Origin: a virus
Lineage: Duplodnaviria; Caudoviricetes
DNA: 48,163 bases
Virus record (IMG/VR): IMGVR_UViG_3300020716_000011
Coordinates: 1 to 48,163 of that record
Direction: 5' to 3' (one strand)
Below, in pieces: positions 18,705 through 28,049 of the stretch; within the stretch, counting starts at the first letter, position 1; each line of letters opens with the position of its first letter. A program made the translations under genes and the position numbers. The notes under the pieces were generated by a model that saw only the letters and a program-made list of their open reading frames with translations, was not told the DNA's origin and ran no database searches.

Positions 18705-19460
18705 AGCATAAGGTCATAAACGTCATGGGTTTATTAGGGAAAAAGTTTGCAGCTGCATGATTGGGGAGGAGGTATCTAGGGGAGGTAAAATCCTAGGTGA
18801 CAGGTGTGCAGGTACCGGGGAGGTATTCTAGGGGAGGTAAAATCATAGGTGTGTACTGAACGTGGGGGTACCTCAATGCTCGAAAAAGGGGTCCCGTTTT
18901 TGAGTGATTCTGGTCGTCCTGCTCGCTACCCGGCTCTAAACCTATTGGGTTCTAGAGTATTCGGGCCAAACGACTAGCGTCCACGACGACCAGCCGTTAC
19001 CCGGCTACCCGGCTACCCGACTCAGAATCCAATGGTTGCCATTTACAAAAATTCTTGCTCTGATTTTTACTTTTCCATGCATTGACCTGCAAGGGAGGGT
19101 AGTCGGGTAATTCGTAAAAACTTTTCGTAAGTAGGCGGCGACAGGGCCAATGTGTAACCTGCCCGAAAAACACGAATATTCGGAGCCGGGTAGATAGTAA
19201 AAGTGCGGTTAGCTCTAGAACAGCCCAGAAACCGCCAAAAAGTAGGGTGAATACCCTAGAAGCGAAATCGCCAGCAGGTCAGTTTCCATCGTTTATAGGA
19301 CGAAACTTTTTGGCCGACCTTACCCTACTTGCGAGACGACTTTCACTCGAGGGAACTCTCCCAACAACGCCTCACCTGGACGAAAAGAATCGGTTTTTCG
19401 GTCGCCCCGTTTTCCAGGAAGACGAAGTCGGGCGAGCCGGGTAGCCGGGCTGGCCGGGTA
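18680..19460. repeat. Nine copies of the octamer TACCCG(G/A)C in two opposed groups
   Basis: Plus: 18680, 18927, 18998, 19006, 19014; minus: 19102, 19185, 19436, 19453. Confidence 0.9.
18768..18851. repeat. Imperfect 32/33-bp direct repeat GGAGGTAT(T)CTAGGGGAGGTAAAATC(C/A)TAGGTG
   Basis: Copies at 18768-18799 and 18819-18851. Confidence 0.9.
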
Positions 19461-19588
19461 GCCAACCATTAGAATTGCGAATCCCAGCATAAGCATTTCT
19501 ATTGCTTAATTTTTCCCGAAGATTTGTGTTGTTCTTTTTCCGGGAAAATACCAGACTGGTTTTCGTTAAGCCACTACTCCTACCACAA

Positions 19589-20023
19589 ATGAAAACCTCC
19601 ATCGTCAAGTTCACCTACGGAACGGCCAAAGACGCCGAGCTCCTTATCCCGACCGGGGAATACAACCTCTACCAGCTCGCCCAGCTTCTTCGGGCCAGCT
19701 ACCTAATGTGGGCGTTCCGTCCCGGCTGTGGCCTAATGTCCGACGAGGTGCTGCTCTCCTCCATCGGCAAGGCTGACTACTTCGCCGGGGCTCTCGGCGG
19801 ATTCAAGACCCGGCTCGACGCCGAGGCCTACGCCGAGCTAGAGAAGATGGTAAACTACGCCCCCGCGCTCGCGCTCGCCATCGTCCGCACCCGTCGCCCC
19901 GGTCTCTCCCTTGCCGAGCAGCACCGCGCTGCCAGCCAGAACACCGCGCTCGACCCTGCCCACCGCCGCTACCTCGCCGAGTGCGCTCGGCTGTTCGCTG
20001 CCGAGCCTGCCGTCGCCCTCTAA
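19589..20023 (+). CDS. Hypothetical early protein
   Basis: First ORF of rightward arm; start chosen at ATG 19589 after a C-rich leader; phage-like codon bias. Confidence 0.7.
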   Translation: MKTSIVKFTYGTAKDAELLIPTGEYNLYQLAQLLRASYLMWAFRPGCGLMSDEVLLSSIGKADYFAGALGGFKTRLDAEAYAELEKMVNYAPALALAIVRTRRPGLSLAEQHRAASQNTALDPAHRRYLAECARLFAAEPAVAL

Positions 20024-20065
20024 CCTTTCCCCGTCCGCCAACCTCCCCAACCTCCTACCACTACC

Positions 20066-21037
20066 ATGAAACTGAATCCTGCCTTCGCTACCAGCTACCC
20101 TAACGGCTGCGCCCAACTGGTCTACCTCACGTCCTACAGCGGCATCGTCTACGCCATGCCCGGTAGCCAATTCTGCGACCGCGCCACCGAGCTGGCTTGG
20201 GCCAAGCAAGCTGCCGCTCGTGGGCTCGGCACCCAGTACATCAAGGGAGCCATCGCTGACTACGGGTCCGAGGCTACGCTGGCCCTCCTCCGTCGCCGCC
20301 GCGAGGATAAGCGCAATCCGGCTCCCGTCCCGATGCCGTTCTTGGATAAACTGCGCGCTGCACCACTCACTCCGGCCAGTTTTAAGTACGACCGCGCTGT
20401 CGGCGTGGAGATTGAGTGCTTCGGTCCGTCGCTCGGAGATAAGCTCCCGGTCTGGGTGCGCGAGGGGACCGATGGCTCGCTCTCGCCCACACCCGGCTGG
20501 CAGGGGGACTACCGGGTCGGTCGCGAGTACCGCATCCTCGTCCGCCGGTCCGAGCTGGAGTTCCGCCTCCACCGCGTGAGCGAGCTGCTCGCAGGCCATA
20601 AGGTTAACTCCTCCTGCGGTCTGCATATCCACCTCGACTGCCGAGGCAAGACCCAGACCGAGGTTAACACGGTCGCCCGCCGCATGTCCTACTGGCTCCG
20701 CGCACTACAGGAGCTCGTCCCTGCCTCCCGCCGCAACAACCGCTACTGCGACCTCGGGTTCTCTACCCGCAGCCGTTACCACGCGGTCAACGTCTGCTCC
20801 TTCCGCCAGCACGGCACGATTGAGGTGCGCCTCCATTCCGCGACCGCTAGCTACGAGAAGATTCTGGCTTGGATTCGGCTCTGCGAGCTGCTGCTGGTCG
20901 TCAAGAGCTGGCCGCGTGGCGCCACCTGCCTCGAAAACCTCGCCTCGCTCCCGCTCCCCGAGTACGAGCGCGACTACTGGCTCCGCCGCCATGCGGAGCT
21001 CAACCCCACCGCCGCTGCCTCCACCGCCGCTGCCTAA
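20066..21037 (+). CDS. Putative amidoligase (COOH-NH2 ligase type 2)
   Basis: GVEIE, DGSL, NSSCGLHIH, RYHAVN and GTIEVRLH motifs. Confidence 0.88.
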   Translation: MKLNPAFATSYPNGCAQLVYLTSYSGIVYAMPGSQFCDRATELAWAKQAAARGLGTQYIKGAIADYGSEATLALLRRRREDKRNPAPVPMPFLDKLRAAPLTPASFKYDRAVGVEIECFGPSLGDKLPVWVREGTDGSLSPTPGWQGDYRVGREYRILVRRSELEFRLHRVSELLAGHKVNSSCGLHIHLDCRGKTQTEVNTVARRMSYWLRALQELVPASRRNNRYCDLGFSTRSRYHAVNVCSFRQHGTIEVRLHSATASYEKILAWIRLCELLLVVKSWPRGATCLENLASLPLPEYERDYWLRRHAELNPTAAASTAAA

Positions 21038-21088
21038 CTGCCCCACCCCACCCTTCTCCACCCATAACCTACTAACCGCCTACCTACC

Positions 21089-21880
21089 ATGTGCAAGATT
21101 GCTATCCTCACCCACCACAACCCTGCCTACCTGCAGACCACCATCACCATGCTCTGGAAAGCCATGGCCAACACCGACGACGATGGCTTCGGTGCCGCGT
21201 GGGTAACGTCCTCCGGCAAAATTGGCTGGGTCAAGAGCTCGCTCCCCCTCCTCGGCAAATCCCTCCCCGACTTCTGCGCCGGATTCTATGCCGACTCAGG
21301 TAGCTTCGAGTCCGATGGCGGTGCGCTGCTAGTCCATGGGCGCACGGCTACCTGTGGCGTCAACCTCGAGAACACCCACCCGATGCTCAACGACCACTCC
21401 GCGCTCGTGCATAATGGCATCGTGCAGTCCAAGCGATTCCACAACACCGAGTGCACCTGCGATAGCGAGCTGCTGCTCCACGCTTGGAACGCCGAGGGTC
21501 TGCCAGCCGTCGCCCGCGACATCTCTGGCTACTACGCATTCGGGGCCATCACCACCAGCCGTAAAGGGGTCACCCTCGACGTCGTGCGGGACGACCGCGC
21601 CTCGCTCTACGCGGGGATGCTGGCCGAGGGATGGGCGTTCGCTACCACGCCCGAGCTGCTCCGGGTGACTGGAGCCGACTACGCTGCCGAGGTGCGCACC
21701 AACACCGCCATTCGGTTCCGCAACGGCAAGCATCTCCTGACCGAGAGCTTCCTGCCTCAGCGTGGTCCGCTGAGCGAGGAGACCGAGCGTCGTGCCTCCC
21801 GCGCCTTCGGGACCAAGCCCATCTCCGCGAAAGACTACCTATTCGAGACCGAGGCTGCGGCCGAGTCCGCCATCCTCTAA
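21089..21880 (+). CDS. Class II (Ntn) glutamine amidotransferase
   Basis: N-terminal M-C, DGFG, HGRTAT, NTHP, HNG and DSE motifs. Confidence 0.92.
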   Translation: MCKIAILTHHNPAYLQTTITMLWKAMANTDDDGFGAAWVTSSGKIGWVKSSLPLLGKSLPDFCAGFYADSGSFESDGGALLVHGRTATCGVNLENTHPMLNDHSALVHNGIVQSKRFHNTECTCDSELLLHAWNAEGLPAVARDISGYYAFGAITTSRKGVTLDVVRDDRASLYAGMLAEGWAFATTPELLRVTGADYAAEVRTNTAIRFRNGKHLLTESFLPQRGPLSEETERRASRAFGTKPISAKDYLFETEAAAESAIL

Positions 21881-21942
21881 CCCACCCCACCCACATGAAT
21901 CCCGCTAACCTCACCCGCAGTGAACGTCAGCTTTAGTTTTTG

Positions 21943-21972
21943 CTTTACATACCCAAGAAACCTTAACAGTTT
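21943..21972 (+). promoter_or_regulatory. Putative promoter (CTTTACA, weak -10)
   Basis: Recurrent intergenic motif before ATG 21979. Confidence 0.4.
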
Positions 21973-21978
21973 ACTGCT

Positions 21979-22392
21979 ATGCAAACGTTCCTACCGTTTC
22001 GCTCCTACACCGCTTCGGCTGAGTGCTTAGACTATCGCCGTCTCGGCAAGCAGCGCGTGGAGACCAAGCAAATCCTCCTCGCTCTAACCGACCCCACCTA
22101 TGGCTGGCAACACCACCCTGCCGTGCGCATGTGGCGTGGGCACGAGACCGCGCTCGCCCTCTATGGCGTGACCATCTGCCGTGAGTGGCGCAAACGTGGC
22201 TTCAAGGATACACTCCTGCCTTGGTTCGAGGACCGCATGACCAACCTGACGCCAGCGAATAGCGAACCGAGCTGGCTTACCGAAGAATTCTGCCGCAGCC
22301 ACCAGTCCAATCTGCTCCGCAAAGACCCCACCCACTACGCCCAACACTTCTTCGGCGTGCCCGATACACTGCCTTACATTTGGCCCGTATGA
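21979..22392 (+). CDS. MSMEG_6728-like / pyrimidine-dimer DNA glycosylase (DenV-like) protein
   Basis: MQTFLP...LDYRRLGKQRVE...HPAVRMWRG...SHQSNLLRKDP...YIWP. Confidence 0.85.
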   Translation: MQTFLPFRSYTASAECLDYRRLGKQRVETKQILLALTDPTYGWQHHPAVRMWRGHETALALYGVTICREWRKRGFKDTLLPWFEDRMTNLTPANSEPSWLTEEFCRSHQSNLLRKDPTHYAQHFFGVPDTLPYIWPV

Positions 22393-22784
22393 AATACCAA
22401 CGTCTCAACAAAGTTCTGGCCGACGCAGGCTTCGCTAGAGGCTATTGCTCTCGGCTGGCTCACCGCCTCATCGCAGACAAACAGGTGACCATCGCATGGA
22501 CGGACGCCACCGAGCGTGGGGACTCCCACTTCGTATCCGAGGAGGAGGAGGCGGAGCGTATCCGCCGCGCCTATGCCCGCCCCACCGTTGCCCCCGCACC
22601 TGAAGGAGCCGAGGAGACTCCCGCGCAGCTGCATCTGGGCGCACTCGAGACCAAGCTCGACCGCCTAGAGCAGCGAGTACTAGGACTGGAGCAGGCTCTT
22701 AACGTGCTCATCAAGGGTAGCAATGTAATCGCGGACCGCCTTGCCCGCACACTGGAGGCTCTCGGCGAGACACCGGGCCGCTGA
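22389..22784 (+). CDS. Hypothetical protein with C-terminal coiled coil
   Basis: ATGA overlap with previous gene. Confidence 0.7.
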   Translation: MKYQRLNKVLADAGFARGYCSRLAHRLIADKQVTIAWTDATERGDSHFVSEEEEAERIRRAYARPTVAPAPEGAEETPAQLHLGALETKLDRLEQRVLGLEQALNVLIKGSNVIADRLARTLEALGETPGR

Positions 22785-22792
22785 AATAAAGA

Positions 22793-22822
22793 CTTTACTT
22801 CTTGCGCCAGTAACTGTAGCTC
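22793..22822 (+). promoter_or_regulatory. Putative promoter before primase (TTTACT-N17-TAGCTC)
   Basis: Recurrent intergenic motif. Confidence 0.5.
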
Positions 22823-22848
22823 TCCCTTCCCGCCCTACCATCCTACCC

Positions 22849-25440
22849 ATGTCTGTCGCGCCTGCACCCTACTACGGAGGCACCGGAGCCGACCTCGGCA
22901 CTGTCTCCGCCCTATCCCAAACCAACTTCTCCGCCTTCGTCAAGGAGGTGCTCGGCAATCCTGCCTTGGTCACCACCCATAGCCGGGCCGAGTATCAGGC
23001 TCTCCCCAAGGAGCAGCGTCACGCTAGCAAGCGCGTCCCCTACTTTACCCCCGCTGCCTTCAAGACCATCCGCAGCAAGCGCAACTACGAGAGCGCGGTT
23101 CATTGCAATCTACTCTGCCTCGACATCGACGATAGCGACCAAGCCGCCCCACTCGTGGCCCGACCCCAGTCGCTGGTAGAGAGGCTTTCGCCCTACGCCT
23201 TCGCCGCCTACACCACTGCCTCCAGCACCAAGGATAGACCCCGGCTGCGCGTAGTAGTGAGTGCGAGTGCGGTCTCGCTGGAACGCTACGGGGAGGCAGT
23301 GCGCTGGGTAGGCGAGGTGCTGCTGGGACTCAGCAACGTAACCGGGGAGAGCAAAGTGGCAGTGCAGCCCATGTACCTGCCTACACTATTTCGCGGTGAC
23401 GACCCGGTGGACAACCACCCGCTCATCGCTGCGGTTCCGGAGGGTGCGGCAGTCACGGCGGCAGCTGTGGTAGGAGCTGCTGCGCCCTCCGGCAACTTCA
23501 CTTCCGCGCCCGACACAGCCAACGATACCGAGGCGCTCAACTTCCTCCGCCCTTCGGTCGAGGGTATTACGCTGGAGGACGTAGCCAACGCGCTGGAGCA
23601 CCTAGACCCGGACTGCACGTATGTGGAGTGGATTGAGGTAGCCGCCGCCCTCCGGCACCAGTTCCCGGTTGAGCCAGAGGCGACGCAGGCCTACGATCTA
23701 TTCAACAAGTGGTCCTCTAAGGGCGATAAGTATCCCGGTGAGGAGGAGGTCGCAGCCAAGTGGAGCTCGTTCAAGTCGAACCCTCGCGGGCGGCTCCCCG
23801 TCACGATGCGCTCCGTTTTCCGCCGCGCTGCCTCTGCGGGCTGGCGGCAGGCCGAGCAGATTGCCACTCGCTGCTACGACCAGATTGCAGGGTGGATGCA
23901 GAGCTCCGAGCGCACCGGCAACGAGCTGCTCGAGCAGGGTGTGGCCCGAATCGTGGCGGCTCCGCTGCTCTCTTCGCTCCAGAAGGGCACTCTCCTCAGC
24001 ACTCTGCACGAGGCTCTCTCCAGCCGTCACCTCCGGGTCACCCGGACAGAGCTGAAGCATGCGATGCACCGCATTGAGCGGGCTGCAGCCAAGCACGACA
24101 TGGGGGCCGCTACCGCTACACCCGACGCTCAGCTCCCCCAGTGGGCAAGGGGAATCTGCTATGTAGCCGGACAGGACGAGTTCTTTCAGCGGCACACCGG
24201 GCGCAACTTCAAGCCTCAGGTGTTGGATGCGTATTACTCGGTGCAGCTAATGACGCCCACGGATGTGGATAGTGGCCAGCCCGTGCTCCGTCCCCGGGAC
24301 TATCTCCTGAACGTGCTGAAGTGCCCTCGCGTGGACGACTACATGTACGACCCTGCGCATCCCGAGATGTTCATCGGCAACGGCAAGAAGCGGGCCGTCA
24401 ATCTCTACATCCCCACCCACCCTGAACCGGACGCAACCGATGCCGATGCCGCAGGTGAGGTGTTCTATGACCATATTCACCACCTGATTGAAGAGCCCGA
24501 GTACCAGCAGCTGCTGCTGGACTTCCTTGCCTACCATGTGCAGTGCCCCGGTGGGAAGATCCGCTGGGCCACTCTGGTGCAGGGTGCCCAAGGCTGCGGC
24601 AAGACCGTTATCGCCGAGGCGATGCGGGCCGTGCTGGGCCGGGAACATGTGCGCTCGATTGGTGCCGAGCTGATCTTCACTGGGTTCAACGGCTGGGCCA
24701 TGGGTGCGCAGCTGGTGGCTATCGAGGAGATTCGCGTCGTGGGCCACAACCGCTACGAGGTGATGAACTCCCTAAAGCCCTGTATCAGCAACGACTACAT
24801 CTCCATCAACGACAAGAACATCCGCGCTTTCCAGACCAAGAACGTCAGCAACTACCTGATGTTTACCAACCACCACGACTCCCTCGCGGTTAGTCCCGGC
24901 GACCGCCGCTACTTCGTGCTGAACTCCCCGCTGCAAAGTGCCTTGGAGGTATCGGAATTGCCCTCCGGCTACTTCGACCGCCTTTGGGATGTCGTGCGGA
25001 ACCGGGCTGCGGGCCTGCGTGCATGGCTAGAACAGTGGGAATTGAGCACCAACTTCAATCCGCATGGCCATGCTCCGGTTACAAAGTACCTAAAGGAACT
25101 AAGCGAGGCTTCCGCCAGTCCACTGACCGCTGCCTTCGTGGACATTCTCAAAGATAACCTCCATCCTCTCGTGCAGGAGGATTTGATTTCGGTGCAGTGT
25201 CTCAAGCAGCTGCTCGACACCCGCCACCTTCCCCACTTCACCGACCAGACGCTGGCTATGCTCCTGCGCGAGCAGGGTTACATCCTGCTCCACCGGATGA
25301 CAATTGAGGGTGAGCGGCACCGTATTTGGGCCAAGATGAATTCGAAGTTCGTGACCCGTGAGAAGAGCGTGCCCGGCGAAGTGATGATGCGGCTGCAGGG
25401 TCGCACCGCTGAGGTGCTCGATTTCTCCGTTCTCGACTAA
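22849..25440 (+). CDS. Primase-helicase (primase, PriCT-2-like, SF3/DUF5906-like helicase)
   Basis: LCLDID, YTTASS...PRLRVV, YVEWIEV...FNKWSSKGDKY, Walker A GAQGCGKT, FTNH...DRRY; start chosen at ATG 22849. Confidence 0.9.
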   Translation: MSVAPAPYYGGTGADLGTVSALSQTNFSAFVKEVLGNPALVTTHSRAEYQALPKEQRHASKRVPYFTPAAFKTIRSKRNYESAVHCNLLCLDIDDSDQAAPLVARPQSLVERLSPYAFAAYTTASSTKDRPRLRVVVSASAVSLERYGEAVRWVGEVLLGLSNVTGESKVAVQPMYLPTLFRGDDPVDNHPLIAAVPEGAAVTAAAVVGAAAPSGNFTSAPDTANDTEALNFLRPSVEGITLEDVANALEHLDPDCTYVEWIEVAAALRHQFPVEPEATQAYDLFNKWSSKGDKYPGEEEVAAKWSSFKSNPRGRLPVTMRSVFRRAASAGWRQAEQIATRCYDQIAGWMQSSERTGNELLEQGVARIVAAPLLSSLQKGTLLSTLHEALSSRHLRVTRTELKHAMHRIERAAAKHDMGAATATPDAQLPQWARGICYVAGQDEFFQRHTGRNFKPQVLDAYYSVQLMTPTDVDSGQPVLRPRDYLLNVLKCPRVDDYMYDPAHPEMFIGNGKKRAVNLYIPTHPEPDATDADAAGEVFYDHIHHLIEEPEYQQLLLDFLAYHVQCPGGKIRWATLVQGAQGCGKTVIAEAMRAVLGREHVRSIGAELIFTGFNGWAMGAQLVAIEEIRVVGHNRYEVMNSLKPCISNDYISINDKNIRAFQTKNVSNYLMFTNHHDSLAVSPGDRRYFVLNSPLQSALEVSELPSGYFDRLWDVVRNRAAGLRAWLEQWELSTNFNPHGHAPVTKYLKELSEASASPLTAAFVDILKDNLHPLVQEDLISVQCLKQLLDTRHLPHFTDQTLAMLLREQGYILLHRMTIEGERHRIWAKMNSKFVTREKSVPGEVMMRLQGRTAEVLDFSVLD

Positions 25441-25447
25441 AATAGTG

Positions 25448-25478
25448 CTTTACTTCTCCTAGCAAACCTCACAAGTTT
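25448..25478 (+). promoter_or_regulatory. Putative promoter (CTTTACT, weak -10)
   Basis: Recurrent intergenic motif. Confidence 0.4.
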
Positions 25479-25509
25479 GTCTCATAAACCCGCCTCGTTT
25501 ATTCCTACC

Positions 25510-25824
25510 GTGCAAATCAACACGAACTCCCCGCTGGTCACCGAGCATCAGGTAGCTGATGCCTTCCGGGTGGATGCCGCTGGCATCAAGCACCCCGTAA
25601 TCGAAGTTCTGCTCAAGTCCGAGAGCGGCACTTGGCTCCACTGCTGCATCAGCCAGAGGGCCGCTGCTAAACTCGCCCGCGACCTTGCTCCGGTGGTATT
25701 CAACACCCTCGTGCACTCCGCCAACAACCTGCCCTCGGACTGCGCGGTTACTCTTAACGAGTCGTGCGCTATCCGCGACATCAAGACCGTGGCCGAGCAC
25801 ATCGAGGCTCTCGCTAAGGACTAA
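25510..25824 (+). CDS. Hypothetical protein
   Basis: GTG start after CCTACC leader; fills the gap in the operon. Confidence 0.6.
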   Translation: MQINTNSPLVTEHQVADAFRVDAAGIKHPVIEVLLKSESGTWLHCCISQRAAAKLARDLAPVVFNTLVHSANNLPSDCAVTLNESCAIRDIKTVAEHIEALAKD

Positions 25825-25860
25825 CTTTCTCGTCAGTCAACCCATAACCCACCACATCAT

Positions 25861-26235
25861 ATGTCACTCGAACGTAACATTGAACGTATCGCCGATGCTC
25901 TCGAAGCCCTCGTCCGTCTGAAGCCTGCCTCCTTCCTCGCTGCTCCCGCCGCGACGGAGGAAGCTGCCCCCGCTCCCGCTCCCAAGGCGGAGAAGAAGTC
26001 CACCAATTCCCAGCCGAAGCCCGAGGCTGCTGCCCCGGCTGCTGCGGCCCCGACCGACACCGCCGCCAAAGTCACCATCGAACAGCTGCGAGCCGTCGGC
26101 ACCCAGCTCATCTCCGCTGGCAAGGCGGAGAAGATGAAGGCTCTCCTCTCCGAGTACAAAGTCGAGAAGCTCTCCGCTCTCCCTGAAACCGCCTACGTCG
26201 ATGTCCTCGCCAAGCTCCAAGCCCTCGCCGCTTAA
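25861..26235 (+). CDS. Conserved Ala/Pro-rich phage replication-module protein
   Basis: MSLERNIERIADALE...linker...KMKALLSEYKVEKLSALP; usual position before DUF2800. Confidence 0.75.
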   Translation: MSLERNIERIADALEALVRLKPASFLAAPAATEEAAPAPAPKAEKKSTNSQPKPEAAAPAAAAPTDTAAKVTIEQLRAVGTQLISAGKAEKMKALLSEYKVEKLSALPETAYVDVLAKLQALAA

Positions 26236-27406
26236 CCTCTCGCCCTCTGCGGCGAGTCGTTGGCTGGCCTGCAAAGGCTCTCCGGGCTTTATCGCCGCTC
26301 ACGCGGACGAGCTGCCTCAGGAGAGTTCTGAGTGGGCTGACGAGGGTACGCAGGCCCATGCAGTCGCGGCCAATCTGCTGAACAATCAGCCAGTGGCCGA
26401 CGCCCCGCTGGAGATGCTCTCCTACGCCAAGAGCTATGCGGAGTTCGTCCGAGAACACTTGGACGGAGGTGCTCTGATTGTGGAGCAGAAAGTCCCCCTG
26501 TTCTACATGGCTGGGCGCAACGGCCAGATTGATGCAGGCATCGTCAACCCGAAGGGCATCTTCATCGGTGACCTGAAGTACGGTGCAGGCATCTCGGTTG
26601 AAGCTCAGAACAATCCCCAGCTGGGGATCTACGGTCTGAGCTTTGTCCGCTGGCTGGAGCAGAGTGGTCTCTACGACCAGTTCCCCGGCGATACTCTCGT
26701 CACGCTGGCCATCTACCAGCCCCGTGCCCGCGATAAGAGGGTAGTGCGCCTCTGGGCTCTCCGGCTCTTCGAGCTGGTGGAGTTCTGTGCGACCATCGGT
26801 GAGACTGCTGCGGCTATCCAAGCCGACCCGGACAATCAGCCATTCGCTCCGTCGGACGATGTTTGCCGGTTCTGCCCCGCCGCCAGCATCTGCTCTCACC
26901 GGACTCAGTCGTTGCTGAAGGATCTGCCTCCAGCGGTGACCGAGCCGATCAAGGCGGTGATCGAGCTGCCCGACATCGGGACTCTCAGCCCCGAACAGGT
27001 CGGCAAGATCATCGCTGCGGCTGGCCCGCTGAAGAAGTTCTTGGACGACGTCCGCGAGCACGGCTACAAGATGGCCGTCAACGGACTTACCGTTCCGGGC
27101 TGTAAGCTGGTCGCCGGGCGCAGCAGCCGCAAGTGGGTGAACGAGGAGGAGGCCGAACGGATTCTCCGCCAGAAGTTCCCCATCGATGCGGTTATGCCCC
27201 GGTCGCTGCTCAGCGTGGCTCAGACCGAGAAGCTCCTCAAGAGTATTGAGGTCGGCACTCGGTTCACGAACCTGCTCGAAGCCAACATCACCAAGCCCGA
27301 GGGTGCCCCCACCCTTGTTTCCGAGGACGACCCCCGTCCTGCTCTCGATTCCAACCCTGTCAGTGAACTCACCAACCTCGATTCCCAAGACACCCTGTTA
27401 CATTAA
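26201..27406 (+). CDS. DUF2800-like PD-(D/E)XK (Cas4-like) exonuclease
   Basis: SPSAASRWLAC, EGTQAH, GQIDA...DLKYG, NPQLGIY, CRFCPA, KLVAGRSSRKW. Confidence 0.9.
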   Translation: MSSPSSKPSPLNLSPSAASRWLACKGSPGFIAAHADELPQESSEWADEGTQAHAVAANLLNNQPVADAPLEMLSYAKSYAEFVREHLDGGALIVEQKVPLFYMAGRNGQIDAGIVNPKGIFIGDLKYGAGISVEAQNNPQLGIYGLSFVRWLEQSGLYDQFPGDTLVTLAIYQPRARDKRVVRLWALRLFELVEFCATIGETAAAIQADPDNQPFAPSDDVCRFCPAASICSHRTQSLLKDLPPAVTEPIKAVIELPDIGTLSPEQVGKIIAAAGPLKKFLDDVREHGYKMAVNGLTVPGCKLVAGRSSRKWVNEEEAERILRQKFPIDAVMPRSLLSVAQTEKLLKSIEVGTRFTNLLEANITKPEGAPTLVSEDDPRPALDSNPVSELTNLDSQDTLLH

Positions 27407-27411
27407 GTCCC

Positions 27412-27957
27412 ATGAATATCCAACTCAATAACGTTCGTCTCTCGTTCCCCGCCTTGTTCAAGGCGCGTTCCTTCCAGAAGGATCAGGAACCCAAGTTCTC
27501 CGCCACTGTCCTGCTCTCCAACGAGGCCGATGCCAAGCAGATCGAAAAGATCAAGGCGGGCATCAAGGCCGTCGCCGAGGAGAAGTGGGGCGCGGGCAAG
27601 GTGCCGAAGGCCATGAAGCCCTGCCTCCGCGACGGTGCGGAAAAGGAGGAGCTGGAAGGCTACGGCTCCGATGTCGTGTTCCTCTCCGCGTCCAACGCCA
27701 AGCGCGTCCCGGTGGTCAATCGCGATCTCACGCCGCTCACCGAGGAAGATGGCAAGCCATATGCGGGTAGCTACGTCAATGTTTCCATCCGCCTCTGGGC
27801 GCAGGATAACGAGTACGGCAAGCGAGTCAATGCCCAGCTCCGCGCTGTCCAGTTTGTTAAGGATGGCGAGGCCTTCGGCGATAAGCCCGCTGATCCGACC
27901 AAGGAGTTCGCTCCCCTCGCCGACGAGGAAGGCTCCGACAGCTCCAGCCTGATGTAA
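27412..27957 (+). CDS. ssDNA-binding protein (DUF2815-like)
   Basis: VRLSFPALF...PCLRDG...YAGSYV...VQFVKDGEAFG and acidic tail. Confidence 0.9.
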   Translation: MNIQLNNVRLSFPALFKARSFQKDQEPKFSATVLLSNEADAKQIEKIKAGIKAVAEEKWGAGKVPKAMKPCLRDGAEKEELEGYGSDVVFLSASNAKRVPVVNRDLTPLTEEDGKPYAGSYVNVSIRLWAQDNEYGKRVNAQLRAVQFVKDGEAFGDKPADPTKEFAPLADEEGSDSSSLM

Positions 27958-28007
27958 TGCTTACCGTAGCTAGCTGGAATTGAACCGAACGACTAGCTAA
28001 CCGAGAC

Positions 28008-28043
28008 TGGGCAACCGAGCGTCAGTGGTGGCCCACACTTTCT
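28008..28043 (+). terminator. Possible weak terminator after SSB
   Basis: TGGGCAACC...GGTGGCCCA hairpin followed by CACTTTCT. Confidence 0.35.
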
Positions 28044-28049
28044 CCCCTC

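Noticed and set aside
18680-19460. Possible CRISPR array
   Set aside because: Repeats are 8 bp, irregularly spaced and in both orientations; the Cas4-like gene belongs to the replication module
19247-19614. Short ORFs in the control region
   Set aside because: No phage-like codon bias or motifs; they overlap the repeat elements
21896-21936. 13-codon ORF MNPANLTRSERQL after a C-rich leader
   Set aside because: Too short to support; could be a gene remnant
26108-27388. 426-aa minus-strand ORF
   Set aside because: Antisense shadow of the DUF2800-like nuclease
27960-28045. tRNA-like GGTTCAATTCC on the minus strand
   Set aside because: T-stem and acceptor stem do not pair into a cloverleaf; better explained as intergenic hairpins
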